Below, in pieces: positions 10,095 to 19,245 of a DNA stretch of 64,000 nucleotides (positions are counted from its first letter, which is position 1; every line of letters begins with the position of its first letter). The notes beneath the pieces are model-generated. The model had not been told where the DNA came from. It ran no database searches and saw nothing but the letters and a program-made list of their open reading frames with translations. The position numbers and the translations under genes are program-made. This DNA is from Omnitrophica WOR_2 bacterium GWF2_43_52 (GTDB taxonomy: Bacteria; Omnitrophota; Gorgyraeia; Gygaellales; UBA12090): contig MHGF01000034.1 of assembly GCA_001805445.1 (NCBI GenBank), forward strand, positions 102,451 through 166,450, given 5' to 3'.

Positions 10095-10191
10095 CGTAAA
10101 AATGCGCTAAGAGTGTGTTTAGTGGCTCATTTACCAGAGAGTTATGGCTCTCCCAAAATTACTAAAAGCTTAGAGAAAGGAAGTAGTTATT

Positions 10192-10329
10192 ATGAAGAAG
10201 CACCTGAAAACTCCTACCAAGATAAAAAGCAAGCGCCTCCAAGGATTCCGTCGAAAAATGAAAAGCGCTAGCGGCAGGGATGTTATAAAGCGCAGGCGCC
10301 AAAAGGGCAGAAAACGCTTGAGTCTTTAA
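10192..10329 (+). CDS. rpmH: 50S ribosomal protein L34
   Basis: My translation gives MKKHLKTPTKIKSKRLQGFRRKMKSASGRDVIKRRRQKGRKRLSL; RBS aggaag. Shorter than 60 aa, so absent from the ORF track. Confidence 0.85.
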   Translation: MKKHLKTPTKIKSKRLQGFRRKMKSASGRDVIKRRRQKGRKRLSL

Positions 10330-10613
10330 TGCCTTATTATTCCTGCGCGCGCGCAGTGTTATCAGCCTTAAGCTCATTCCTCAAGAAAGCGCTTGTCGCG
10401 GCAATCAGATGTTATCGTAGATATATTTCTATCCTGCTCCCCCCTTCTTGCCGGTATTATCCAAGCTGTTCGCATTATCTGGAAGAAGCTGTGGGAAGCT
10501 ATGGCTTCTTTTTGGGTTGTTGTAAAGGCGTAGTGAGAGTTTTACGATGTAATTATTTTTTTAACGGCGGTTATGATCCTATAAAAAGTTATGTTACTAA
10601 ACAGAAAGTGTAA
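10329..10613 (+). CDS. yidD: Membrane protein insertion efficiency factor YidD
   Basis: CRYYPSCSHYLEEA...VLRCNYFFNGGYDPI matches the YidD signature; its start overlaps the rpmH stop (TAATG). Confidence 0.8.
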   Translation: MPYYSCARAVLSALSSFLKKALVAAIRCYRRYISILLPPSCRYYPSCSHYLEEAVGSYGFFLGCCKGVVRVLRCNYFFNGGYDPIKSYVTKQKV

Positions 10614-10616
10614 AAA

Positions 10617-12182
10617 ATGAAAAAAAGAGCCTTTTTGGCAATGGCACTATCATTAGGAGTGCTTTTTCTTTGGCAAACAGCTGTACAAAAGATGTATCAT
10701 ATTGATAATAAAACAGTTACAAGTGGAGAGCCTCAGCAAATTCCCCCTGTCCAGATAGATGATGTTATATCTCCTCTCTCTTCTGCTCAGGATGTCTTAA
10801 AGAGCAGCGTGCCCGAATCATTCTTAGGCCAGATTGAAACTGCAAAAGTTAAACTTGAGTATTCCAATCCAGGAGCAAGAGTTAACAAAATATTTGTAAA
10901 AGATTATAATATTGATTCAGATATTAAGGGTAGTCTTTATCTAAAATCAATGGAGAATGATATATATATTTTTAAGGATAATGTAGGTGCTGAATTAAGT
11001 ATAAGCAAAAATGGACATTTTAATGTCCAAAAGCTTACCAGTTCAAACACGCATTATTTTTTCAATTTGGAGATCATTTTTAAGAATTTATCCGATTTAC
11101 CTTGGAAACTAAAGGATAAATTAGTTATAGCTACAATTGCTCCTAATGCCAAGGCCCAGGAGGCTCAATTGTCAGAAGTTGTTTTATTTGCTGAAGATAC
11201 GACAAGAAAGAATCCTCTTGGAATTAAGGGCGTATTTGTTTCACAGAATACGCTGAAAGCAATTGGTTATAGGGATCGCTATACATGTATCATCGTCAGC
11301 CCGCAGGATTCTCAGCAATCAAAAGGATATATAGAAAAGTCTACTCAACATAGCGTGGAGGTAGGATTAGATATAGACGAATTTAAAATATCACCCAAAG
11401 GCCAAAAAGTATTTAACTATCTTGTATATGTTGGGCCCCAAGACAAGGCAATGCTAAAGCAGGCTAATCAGGGTTTTGAGGGAATGGTTTATCATGGAAC
11501 GTTTGACTTTATTTCTACTACGTTACTTTCCGTTATGCAATTCTTTCACAAATTGTTCGGGAATTGGGGAATTGCGCTGATATTATTAAGTATTTTCATT
11601 TATGGATGTACCTATCCGCTTACCTTAAAGCAGATGCGTTCAATGAAGGAGATGCAAGATTTACAGCCCCAAATACAGGCTTTACAGCGTAATCATAAAG
11701 ATAACCCGCAAAGGCTGAATAAGGAAATTATGGAGTTGTATCGCAAGCATAAGGTTAATCCTTTAGGCGGCTGTTTACCCATGATTTTGCAGATTCCTGT
11801 TTTTTTCGGTTTATATCAGGCTCTTTCACGAGCAATTGTCTTAAAAGGCTCAAAATTTCTCTGGATTAAGGATCTTGCAGAGCCAGACAAGCTTTTCCAA
11901 ATTGCTAAGCCAGTGCCTTTTATCGGGACAGAGATAAATTTATTACCAATTTTGATGGCGCTGGGTATGTTTTTACAGCAGAAAATGAGCATGAAATCTT
12001 CTGCTACAAGTCCGGAGATGCGCGAGCAGCAAAAGATAATGGTTATTATTTTTCCGATCATGATGGGTTTTGTTTTCTATCATTTCCCTAGCGGACTCGC
12101 GCTTTATTGGTTTATGAATACAGCATTAAGCATCTTATCACAATGGAAAATATTAAAAGCAAAAGAATTAGCCAAGGCTTAA
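10617..12182 (+). CDS. yidC: Membrane protein insertase YidC
   Basis: 521 aa; periplasmic domain plus conserved C-terminal five-TM core (KVNPLGGCLPMILQIPVFFGLYQAL...); sits in the rpmH-yidD-yidC context. Confidence 0.9.
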   Translation: MKKRAFLAMALSLGVLFLWQTAVQKMYHIDNKTVTSGEPQQIPPVQIDDVISPLSSAQDVLKSSVPESFLGQIETAKVKLEYSNPGARVNKIFVKDYNIDSDIKGSLYLKSMENDIYIFKDNVGAELSISKNGHFNVQKLTSSNTHYFFNLEIIFKNLSDLPWKLKDKLVIATIAPNAKAQEAQLSEVVLFAEDTTRKNPLGIKGVFVSQNTLKAIGYRDRYTCIIVSPQDSQQSKGYIEKSTQHSVEVGLDIDEFKISPKGQKVFNYLVYVGPQDKAMLKQANQGFEGMVYHGTFDFISTTLLSVMQFFHKLFGNWGIALILLSIFIYGCTYPLTLKQMRSMKEMQDLQPQIQALQRNHKDNPQRLNKEIMELYRKHKVNPLGGCLPMILQIPVFFGLYQALSRAIVLKGSKFLWIKDLAEPDKLFQIAKPVPFIGTEINLLPILMALGMFLQQKMSMKSSATSPEMREQQKIMVIIFPIMMGFVFYHFPSGLALYWFMNTALSILSQWKILKAKELAKA

Positions 12183-12367
12183 AATCTATAGAAACTGAGG
12201 GCAAGACCCCGGAAGAGGCGATAGTCAAGGCATTAGCTATGTTGAATGCCAAGCGCAGCGAAGTAAGAGTCAAAATTCTTTCTGAGGAGCAGCGGGGCCT
12301 TTTTGGCATGGAAGGAAGCAAGCCGGCAAAAGTTAAGGTAACTTTGCTCAAAGTGAAAAAGACTTGA
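12143..12367 (+). CDS. Jag/KhpB N-terminal-domain-only protein (truncated Jag)
   Basis: EGKTPEEAIVKALAMLNAKRSEVRVKILSEE...GSKPAKVKV matches the Jag_N domain; no KH or R3H domains follow. Start chosen at the in-frame ATG at 12143. Confidence 0.5.
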   Translation: MENIKSKRISQGLKSIETEGKTPEEAIVKALAMLNAKRSEVRVKILSEEQRGLFGMEGSKPAKVKVTLLKVKKT

Positions 12368-12526
12368 CAGAAAAGAATACTTTTATCATACTATGCTCAA
12401 GTATATACGCGAAATGAAGACAATTTGTCAAGGCGCAGCCTTAGAAATATAAGTAACAACTTTTAAGGCTGTGCCTTGATTATAAGCAAAAATGTTCCTT
12501 GCGGAAATGTTTAAACTAGAACATTT

Positions 12527-12982
12527 ATGCAAAAATTAGATCCTTGGTATATAACAGGATTCTGCGATGGAGAAGCTGCTTTTACCTATAGTAGGACCGG
12601 CGGAGCATTTAATTTATATTTTTCTCTGCGCCAACGGGAAGATAATCGGGAAATAGTAGAAAGAATCTGGAAATTCTTCGATTACATAGGTAATATTTAT
12701 AAGAGCAAAGGACAAGTTCCAGAGAAAGAGGGATATCCTGACCAGCAGGATTCAGCTTATTTTAGAGTTGCTAGAGTTGATCAGCTTTTAAAGGTTGTGG
12801 AGCATTTTGATAAATATCCTTTGCAGGGTAAAAAACAAAACGCTTATCTTGTCTGGCGTAAGATGGTAATATATAAAGATGAAAACTTTAGAAACACCGA
12901 TTACAATATTTTAAGAGAATTAGTTGCTGAATTGGCAAAAGTAAATCAAAAGAGCAGGGCGTTTAAAATTCATAGAAAGTAA
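12527..12982 (+). CDS. Free-standing single-motif LAGLIDADG homing endonuclease
   Basis: WYITGFCDGEAAFTYS (LAGLIDADG motif) ... KYPLQGKKQNAYLVWRK; 151 aa; inserted between jag and parA. Confidence 0.7.
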   Translation: MQKLDPWYITGFCDGEAAFTYSRTGGAFNLYFSLRQREDNREIVERIWKFFDYIGNIYKSKGQVPEKEGYPDQQDSAYFRVARVDQLLKVVEHFDKYPLQGKKQNAYLVWRKMVIYKDENFRNTDYNILRELVAELAKVNQKSRAFKIHRK

Positions 12983-13857
12983 TGGCTAAAATTATAGCAA
13001 TATGTAATCAAAAAGGCGGGACAGGAAAGACAACTACCGCAATTAATTTAGCAGCCGCTATCGCAATGGCAGGAAAGCGGGTTTTACTGGTAGACATTGA
13101 TCCTCAAGCTAATGCAACAAGTGGTTTTGGGATTGAAAAAGCAAAAATTTCTAAAAGCACTTATGATATTCTTGTAGAGGAAATGTCCAGTAATGAAATA
13201 TTAATGTCCAATTCTGAAGGAATAATGTCCATTTTGCCTTCAAATGCGCATTTAGCTGGTGCGGAAATAGAATTGGTGGCAGTTTTACGTAGAGAATACC
13301 GCTTAAAGAAAGCGATGGAAGGTGTAGCGAATGATTTTGACTATATCTTTATTGATTGTCCTCCTTCTTTAGGCCTTTTAACCATTAATGCTTTAACGTG
13401 CGCACACTCAGTATTGATTCCTGTGCAGTGCGAATATTACGCGCTTGAGGGCCTTACTCAGCTGCTTACTACCATTACTTTGGTGCATGATAATCTTAAT
13501 TCAAGCCTAACTATAGAAGGCGTTTTGATGACTATGGCGGACTACCGCACAAATCTTACCCAGGAAGTAATTACAGAAGTGAGAAATTACTTCAAGGAAA
13601 GAGTCTATAAGACAGTTATTCCTCGTAATATACGCTTAAGTGAAGCACCAAGCCATGGGAAGTCTATATTTCTCTATGATAAAGATTCTATAGGCGCCAA
13701 AAAATATTTGGAGTTGGCCTGCGAGATACTTGGGGTAGACAATATACAGCACACAGACAGCAAAAATGCTGCACACCTGGAATCTCATGAAGGTGTGCCA
13801 TCAATTACGAATGAGGCTGTAGAAGCGCAAAAGCCGCTAAAAGAAGGAGTTGCTTAA
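12982..13857 (+). CDS. parA: Chromosome partitioning ATPase ParA/Soj
   Basis: Deviant Walker A motif KGGTGKTTTAINLAAA; directly upstream of parB. Confidence 0.9.
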   Translation: MAKIIAICNQKGGTGKTTTAINLAAAIAMAGKRVLLVDIDPQANATSGFGIEKAKISKSTYDILVEEMSSNEILMSNSEGIMSILPSNAHLAGAEIELVAVLRREYRLKKAMEGVANDFDYIFIDCPPSLGLLTINALTCAHSVLIPVQCEYYALEGLTQLLTTITLVHDNLNSSLTIEGVLMTMADYRTNLTQEVITEVRNYFKERVYKTVIPRNIRLSEAPSHGKSIFLYDKDSIGAKKYLELACEILGVDNIQHTDSKNAAHLESHEGVPSITNEAVEAQKPLKEGVA

Positions 13858-13859
13858 AA

Positions 13860-14708
13860 ATGGAAAGAAAAGGACTGGGAAGAGGTTTAGGGGCGCTTAT
13901 TCCTGAAAAAGAGCCTTCACTGCGGGAGAAGGAGAAAATTGTTTACCTTCTTATTGATGAGATTCGGCCAAACCCCTATCAGCCAAGGGAAAATTTTGAC
14001 CATGAAAGTTTAGATGACTTAGTTGCTTCTATCAAAGAAAAGGGAATTATTCAACCGGTATTGGTTAGGCCGACTGCTTCAGGGTATGAGTTGATTGCGG
14101 GTGAAAGAAGGCTTCGTGCTGCTAACTCATTGAATATAAAAGAGATACCAGCTATAATCAAGGAGGCAAAAGATGAGGAATCCCTGGAGCTTGCCCTTAT
14201 AGAAAATATTCAGAGGCAGGATTTGAACCCTATTGAAGAAGCGTGTGCCTTTAAGCATTTAATAGAACGGTTTAGTTTTAGCCAGGAAAAGATTGCCCAG
14301 ACTATTGGAAAGGCAAGGGTTTCTGTGGCCAATACCTTACGTTTGTTAAAATTGCCCGCGGATATCCAGGCAATGATTCGTAAGAGCCTGCTTAGTTTTG
14401 CTCATGGCAAGGTGCTGCTTGAATTACAGGATGCCTCCCGCCAGGAGGCGTTGGCGCAGAGAGCGGTGTCTGAGGGTTTATCAGTAAAAGAATTAGAAGG
14501 ATTGATTTTGCCTCACCAAAAGGCACGGAAGCAAAAATCTCCCGCTGTTTTAAACGAACATCCCCACATAAAGGCTATTGAAGAAGAGCTTCAGCAATTT
14601 TTGGGCTCTAAAGTGCGCATTGTCCCCGGGCGTAAGCGCGGCGCTATTCTCATTGAATATTATTCCCATGATGACCTGGAACGGATATATAAGGCCATCA
14701 AGCGTTAA
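13860..14708 (+). CDS. parB: Chromosome partitioning protein ParB/Spo0J
   Basis: ParB N-terminal motif GERRLRAA plus HTH; 282 aa. Confidence 0.9.
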   Translation: MERKGLGRGLGALIPEKEPSLREKEKIVYLLIDEIRPNPYQPRENFDHESLDDLVASIKEKGIIQPVLVRPTASGYELIAGERRLRAANSLNIKEIPAIIKEAKDEESLELALIENIQRQDLNPIEEACAFKHLIERFSFSQEKIAQTIGKARVSVANTLRLLKLPADIQAMIRKSLLSFAHGKVLLELQDASRQEALAQRAVSEGLSVKELEGLILPHQKARKQKSPAVLNEHPHIKAIEEELQQFLGSKVRIVPGRKRGAILIEYYSHDDLERIYKAIKR

Positions 14709-14745
14709 CCTGTTTTCTTAGAAAATAAAAGGAGGGTGTTTAAAC

Positions 14746-15258
14746 ATGGGTGCAGAGCAAGCGACGTTAGTATTAATTAAACCTGATGGATTAAAAAAAT
14801 CGCTCACCGGAAATATATTAACTCGTCTCTCAGAGACGAAGTTAGAAATTGTGGCCGCGAAGATAGCCAAGGTCTCGAAAGAATTGGCGACGCAGCATTA
14901 TGTGCATTTGCAGGATAAGCCTTTTTTTGAGGAATTAATCTGTTACCTTATGGGTGAGCTTCACAGCCGGCGCAAAGTCATGGCGATGGTCTATTGGGGT
15001 GAAGATGCCATTAATAAGGTCCGCGCCTTAGCCGGCGCCACGAATCCCGAAGAAGCGGACCCTGTTTCTATCCGGGGAGCCTACGGAAGGATTACGACCA
15101 AAGGCGTCTATGAGAATGTGATTCATGCCTCAAGTAATGAGCAGGAGGCACAACGCGAGATTCAGCTTTGGTTTGGCCCCGATGAAATTATTGTTGACCT
15201 GTATCCTTCAAAAGAAATCATTGCCAAAGAAGTAAAACAGCGCGTTTGGGTAAAATAG
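14746..15258 (+). CDS. ndk: Nucleoside diphosphate kinase
   Basis: LVLIKPDG...NVIHASS (active-site His). Confidence 0.9.
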   Translation: MGAEQATLVLIKPDGLKKSLTGNILTRLSETKLEIVAAKIAKVSKELATQHYVHLQDKPFFEELICYLMGELHSRRKVMAMVYWGEDAINKVRALAGATNPEEADPVSIRGAYGRITTKGVYENVIHASSNEQEAQREIQLWFGPDEIIVDLYPSKEIIAKEVKQRVWVK

Positions 15259-15278
15259 TAAAAGGAGAGATATCGCCA

Positions 15279-16094
15279 ATGTTAATCAGTATGACAGGGT
15301 TCGCGCAGGGCGCGGCACATTACAAAAATATACAGCTTCATGTGGAAATACGCAGCCTTAACCATCGTTATTTTGAATGCCTGACGCATCTCCCTGAGGG
15401 CCTAGGCGCGGTTGAGGAAATGGTCAAGACGCAGGTGAAAAATAAAATAAACCGCGGCAGGGTCAGTGTTGTTTTATCCATTGAGAAGCGGCATCCTAAG
15501 GTACAGGTAGATTATGATTTGGCGGAGAATTACCTTAAAACCTTGCGCCATCTCGGCCAGAGGCTGAAGTTAAACGATACCTTAAGCCTTAACGAGATTA
15601 TACATTTGGAAGGTATTATTAGGGTCGAGAAGATAACTCCGGGCCCGGAATTTATGCAGGCAGTAAAGCTGGTAACCAATAAGGCGCTTGAACAATTAAC
15701 CCTTATACGCCAAAAAGAGGGAAAGGCTTTGTCGGCAGATATCTTAGGGCGCCTAAGCGCGATACAAAAGGAAGTTGAAAAAATTATACACTGTGAAAAA
15801 AAGATAGAGGGCGAGAAAAAACGGCTGTTATCCGAAGAGGAGTACAGCGTCTTTAGCAAAAATACGGATATCAGCGAAGAATTAACGCGTATTAGCTATC
15901 ATTGCCGAAATTTTCTCGCGACCATCAAAAAACCAGCAGCCTGCGGGAAGGAGTTGGATTTTATTTCACAGGAGATCCAGCGGGAGGCAAATACTATCTC
16001 CGCTAAGGCGCAAAGCGCGAAGATTTCTTCGTCGGTAGTAAAGATAAAAAGCGGAATAGACAGGATTCGCGAACAGGTCCAGAATGTGGAATAA
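15279..16094 (+). CDS. yicC: YicC-family stress-induced protein
   Basis: MLISMTGFA... YicC N-terminal domain plus DUF1732-like C-terminus. ATG at 15279 has RBS aaaggagaga; the track ORF starts earlier at 15246. Confidence 0.8.
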   Translation: MLISMTGFAQGAAHYKNIQLHVEIRSLNHRYFECLTHLPEGLGAVEEMVKTQVKNKINRGRVSVVLSIEKRHPKVQVDYDLAENYLKTLRHLGQRLKLNDTLSLNEIIHLEGIIRVEKITPGPEFMQAVKLVTNKALEQLTLIRQKEGKALSADILGRLSAIQKEVEKIIHCEKKIEGEKKRLLSEEEYSVFSKNTDISEELTRISYHCRNFLATIKKPAACGKELDFISQEIQREANTISAKAQSAKISSSVVKIKSGIDRIREQVQNVE

Positions 16095-16683
16095 CAAAAA
16101 AAGGAGGGGCAGGCTTTTTATCGTCTCAGGTTCGTCAGGTTCGGGCAAGACCACGTTACTTGAGATGCTGCGGGGAAAAAAAGATTTCCATAAAAGCCTC
16201 GCGAAGATTGTTACCGTGACTACCCGTGTTCCCCGTAGTATGGAAAGAAACGGCAGGGATTATCACTTTATCTCTAAGGCAGAATTCCTCAGGCGAAAGG
16301 CACGAGGGGAATTCGCGGAATCGGAGCAAATTTACGGAGAATATTATGGGACTCCTAAGAAGGATTTAGAAATGATTTTGCGCAAAGGTAATGACGCGCT
16401 CTTATGTGTCGATGTGAAAGGAGCGCTGAGCTTAAAACGGCTTTTTCCGAAAGCTACGGTCCTTATTTTTATTGCCGCGCCCAGCCTTAAGAACCTTAAG
16501 GATCGGCTTAAGCGGCGTTTAAGCGAAACTACAGAATCCATGAGAAAGCGGCTTATTATCGTCAAAGACGAGATGCGCTTCGCTCGGTATTATCACTATG
16601 TTATTGTTAATGAGGTGTTATCCCAGGCACTGAAAAATTTATCGGCAGTAATTTTAGCGGAACGATTAAGGGTTGATTCTTAA
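16084..16683 (+). CDS. gmk: Guanylate kinase
   Basis: GSSGSGKTTL P-loop; 199 aa; gmk-rpoZ context. Confidence 0.9.
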   Translation: MWNNKKRRGRLFIVSGSSGSGKTTLLEMLRGKKDFHKSLAKIVTVTTRVPRSMERNGRDYHFISKAEFLRRKARGEFAESEQIYGEYYGTPKKDLEMILRKGNDALLCVDVKGALSLKRLFPKATVLIFIAAPSLKNLKDRLKRRLSETTESMRKRLIIVKDEMRFARYYHYVIVNEVLSQALKNLSAVILAERLRVDS

Positions 16684-16733
16684 TGAAACCCTTGATATAA
16701 TTTTTAATCTAAAAGACACAGGAGCAGGAAGCC

Positions 16734-16937
16734 ATGAAAACTATTTACCGTGAAGATTTGCTAGATAAGTCGGATTCCAGCATTTATAGGTTGATTATTG
16801 TTGCTACGAAGCGCGCGCTTGAGGTTGCCGAAGGTGCTCCCCGTTTGATCGAGGCCGAGGTAAATGTAAAACCGACAACCATTGCCCTTTTGGAGATTCT
16901 TGAGGGGAAAGTAAAAATGAAGAAGGGGAAAAGCTAA
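16734..16937 (+). CDS. rpoZ: RNA polymerase omega subunit
   Basis: YRLIIVATKRALEV...; 67 aa; downstream of gmk. Confidence 0.8.
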   Translation: MKTIYREDLLDKSDSSIYRLIIVATKRALEVAEGAPRLIEAEVNVKPTTIALLEILEGKVKMKKGKS

Positions 16938-17014
16938 TCTTTCGATAACGCTGAAAGTGAATTCCTTGAAGATGAAGCTTCAGTCGCCTGGCACTCTAGT
17001 CGAAAAACGGATGC

Positions 17015-17200
17015 TACTACACCGTCAAATTAGTTTTTAATAGTGCGACGGTGTAGTAAAAGGGGTGTGGGGAAAGATTTTCCCCACGATTGGGGGGTGC
17101 TCAGTCCGCCGTAGGCGGACGCCGAAGGGGGGCTCCTTCGACAGGCTCAGGATGGTGAGCGAAGTCGAACCATTGCCCCCATAGCGGAAGTGCGGAGTCA
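17015..17200. repeat. Repeat family A, copy 2 (inverted; hairpin plus GC-rich module)
   Basis: Hairpin tactacaccgtc...gacggtgtagta followed by the reverse complement of the 4477-4585 module (ccattgcccccatagcggaagtgcggag). Confidence 0.5.
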
Positions 17201-17247
17201 AATTCCGCTTACCTATAAGAATTAATTTGACGGAGCACTACCTGGAT

Positions 17248-17787
17248 ATGGCACGTAAAGAAATTGTTTTAGGGGTAACCGCGAGTATCGCAAGCTACAA
17301 GGCATGCGATATTATTCGGGATTTAAGCCAGGAAGGCTTTGGCGTGACGGTAGTCATGACTGATGATGCCAAGGAATTTATTACGCCCCTGAGCCTTGCG
17401 GTGCTTTCCCGTAATAAGGTTTATTCAGGGATGTTTACAGAGCCAGAAAGCTGGGATATTGAGCATATCGCGCTTTCAGATAAAGCGGATGTAATCCTCA
17501 TTGCCCCCGCGACGGCGAATATGATTAATAAATTAGCCTCCGGCATCTGCGATGATGTGTTGAGCGCGACGGTATTGGCTGCCAAGGCGCCGGTTTTGAT
17601 TGCGCCGGCAATGAATACCGCTATGTATGAGCATCCTATTACGCAGGAAAACATTGCCAAGCTGAAGAAAATAGGATATACCTTTATAGGCCCGCAAGAA
17701 GGAAAGCTGGCCTGTGGAAAGCGCGGCATTGGTTGTTTGGCAGATGTGGAAGATATTGTGAGAGAGGTAAAGAGGATCTTAAGATAG
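17248..17787 (+). CDS. coaC: Phosphopantothenoylcysteine decarboxylase (flavoprotein, CoaC domain only)
   Basis: ILGVTASIASYKA flavoprotein motif; no CoaB domain. The track ORF starts at 17227; I chose the internal ATG at 17248. Confidence 0.7.
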   Translation: MARKEIVLGVTASIASYKACDIIRDLSQEGFGVTVVMTDDAKEFITPLSLAVLSRNKVYSGMFTEPESWDIEHIALSDKADVILIAPATANMINKLASGICDDVLSATVLAAKAPVLIAPAMNTAMYEHPITQENIAKLKKIGYTFIGPQEGKLACGKRGIGCLADVEDIVREVKRILR

Positions 17788-17793
17788 ATTTAT

Positions 17794-17868
17794 GGCGACG
17801 TAGCCAAGTGGTAAGGCAGTGGTCTGCAAAACCTCTATTCAGCGGTTCGAATCCGCTCGTCGCCTCCA
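17794..17868 (+). tRNA. tRNA-Cys (GCA)
   Basis: GGCGACG acceptor stem, anticodon loop tctGCAaaa, GGTTCGAATCC T-loop, CCA encoded. Confidence 0.85.
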
Positions 17869-17920
17869 ATTTTTTGAGAAGCGAAATTTGATCCCGAGCA
17901 AACATAATTAGTTACTGCTT

Positions 17921-18056
17921 AAAAACCTTTATTTTGCACGAATAGGCACAAATTACACACAAATACACACGAATTACTTCGTCGCTGTATTCGTGATGAT
18001 TAGTGTGTAATTCGTGGGAATTCGTGTTTAAAAGACGCTTTTTCAGTGATAACTAA
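17921..18056. repeat. Repeat family D (~136 bp), copy 1
   Basis: aaaaacctttattttgcacgaataggcacaaattacacacaaatacacacgaattacttcgtcgctgtattcgtgatgattagtgtgtaattcgtgggaattcgtgtttaaaagac.ctttttcagtgataactaa is near-identical to 22428-22566. Confidence 0.6.
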
Positions 18057-18098
18057 TTATTTCAAGTTGATTTGCAAGGGGTTTGTATACTTTCTATT

Positions 18099-18181
18099 GG
18101 GCAAGTGGTGGAATGGCATACACGACAGACTTAAAATCTGTTGGCTGTAAGGTCGTGAGGGTTCGACTCCCTCCTTGCCCA
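18099..18181 (+). tRNA. tRNA-Leu (TAA)
   Basis: Acceptor GGGCAAG/CTTGCCC, anticodon stem-loop ACAGA-CTTAAAA-TCTGT, long variable arm, T-loop GGGTTCGACTCCC. Confidence 0.8.
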
Positions 18182-18283
18182 TTTTCGAACGATGGGCTCG
18201 TAGTTAAGCCCGCCTTCGCACTAACGTGCTACGGCGGACTGGTTAGAAGTGTGTTCGCTGTAGGTGATGTGAATTAAGATTTC

Positions 18284-18300
18284 GGGCTCATAGCTCAGCT
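18284..18300 (+). pseudogene. 17-nt exact duplicate of the tRNA-Val 5' end (tRNA fragment)
   Basis: GGGCTCATAGCTCAGCT, including the upstream ttc, is identical to 18404-18423. A degenerate third copy GGGCTCGTAG lies at 18196. Confidence 0.5.
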
Positions 18301-18406
18301 CCGACGAACCGATAAAAGCATTGGTTGTCGGAGTCCCGACTGAACGCAAGTGAGCGTCGGGATTGGTTAGTTGGTATTCATTATAGTCAAAGCGATTTAA
18401 ATATTC

Positions 18407-18480
18407 GGGCTCATAGCTCAGCTGGTTAGAGCGTTGCGTTGACATCGCAAAGGTCAGAGGTTCAAGTCCTCTTGGGCCCA
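18407..18480 (+). tRNA. tRNA-Val (GAC)
   Basis: GGGCTCATAGCTCAGCTGGTTAGAGC...TTGACAT anticodon loop...GGTTCAAGTCC...TGGGCCCA. Confidence 0.85.
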
Positions 18481-18544
18481 GTAAAGCAGAATTAAGAATT
18501 AAGAGCTAAGAGAAAAGCAAAAACGGTAACTAATCATAGAACGT

Positions 18545-18943
18545 ATGAACATAAATAAAATTTCACAGTATTGGATCATCAATGGCAAGGAAAAGTGGAA
18601 GACTGCAGGAAGCTTGTTGCAATCAAGACGATATGCAGATGCTCTTTTTTATTGCCATTTGGCTTTAGAGGCGCAACTTAAAGCGGTTGTAGCTTTTAAA
18701 ACAAAGAAATTCCCTCCTTTAACCCATAATTTATTGCACTTGGCTTATTTAACAGGCTTAGAATTGCCTTCCAGGCAAATAGAAGAGTTAAAAGAAATTA
18801 CTACTTTCAATATCAAAACGCGCTATGATGATTATAAATTTTCTTTTTATAAGAAAGCAACAAAGAAATATGCGGAAAAATACTTTAAGATTACGGAAGA
18901 TTTATACTTATGGATAAAAAAAAATACACCTTCAAAGAAATAA
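18545..18943 (+). CDS. HEPN-domain protein (HepT-like toxin component)
   Basis: 132 aa, all-helical, ...THNLLHLAYL..., overlapping a downstream MNT gene. Assignment rests mainly on that pairing. Confidence 0.5.
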   Translation: MNINKISQYWIINGKEKWKTAGSLLQSRRYADALFYCHLALEAQLKAVVAFKTKKFPPLTHNLLHLAYLTGLELPSRQIEELKEITTFNIKTRYDDYKFSFYKKATKKYAEKYFKITEDLYLWIKKNTPSKK

Positions 18944-19245
18944 AAACTAATGTCAGGGATTATATCTCTTATTTAAAGAAAGAACACCGCCTCCCCGTCG
19001 ATAAGGTGTATTTGTTTGGCTCATATGCCAAAAATAATCCGCATTGTTACAGCGACGTTGATGTCTGCGTGGTTTCTCCCAAGTTTGAAAAAATGGATGC
19101 TATTTCTTATTTATGGCATACGCTGCGCAGAAAAGATATTGAAAATTTACTTGAACCAATGGGATTATCCCCTGAAGATTTTAGAAAAGAGGAAACCCCT
19201 TTGGTTCATGAGATCCGGAAAAACGGGAAAGAAATAAAGGTGTAA
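18910..19245 (+). CDS. Minimal nucleotidyltransferase (MntA-like antitoxin component)
   Basis: LFGSYAKNN...SDVDVCVV, the Pol-beta nucleotidyltransferase GS...D.D motif. Confidence 0.65.
   Translation: MDKKKYTFKEIKTNVRDYISYLKKEHRLPVDKVYLFGSYAKNNPHCYSDVDVCVVSPKFEKMDAISYLWHTLRRKDIENLLEPMGLSPEDFRKEETPLVHEIRKNGKEIKV

Noticed and set aside
10083-10377. ORFs 10083-10271 (+) and 10162-10377 (-)
   Set aside because: They overlap the rpmH promoter and gene; the L34 reading frame gives a near-canonical L34 sequence instead.
18186-18280. Possible additional tRNA gene (GGGCTCGTAGTTAAGCCC...)
   Set aside because: It lacks a T-arm (GGTTCGA-like) and a cloverleaf; treated as a degenerate tRNA-Val 5' remnant rather than a gene.
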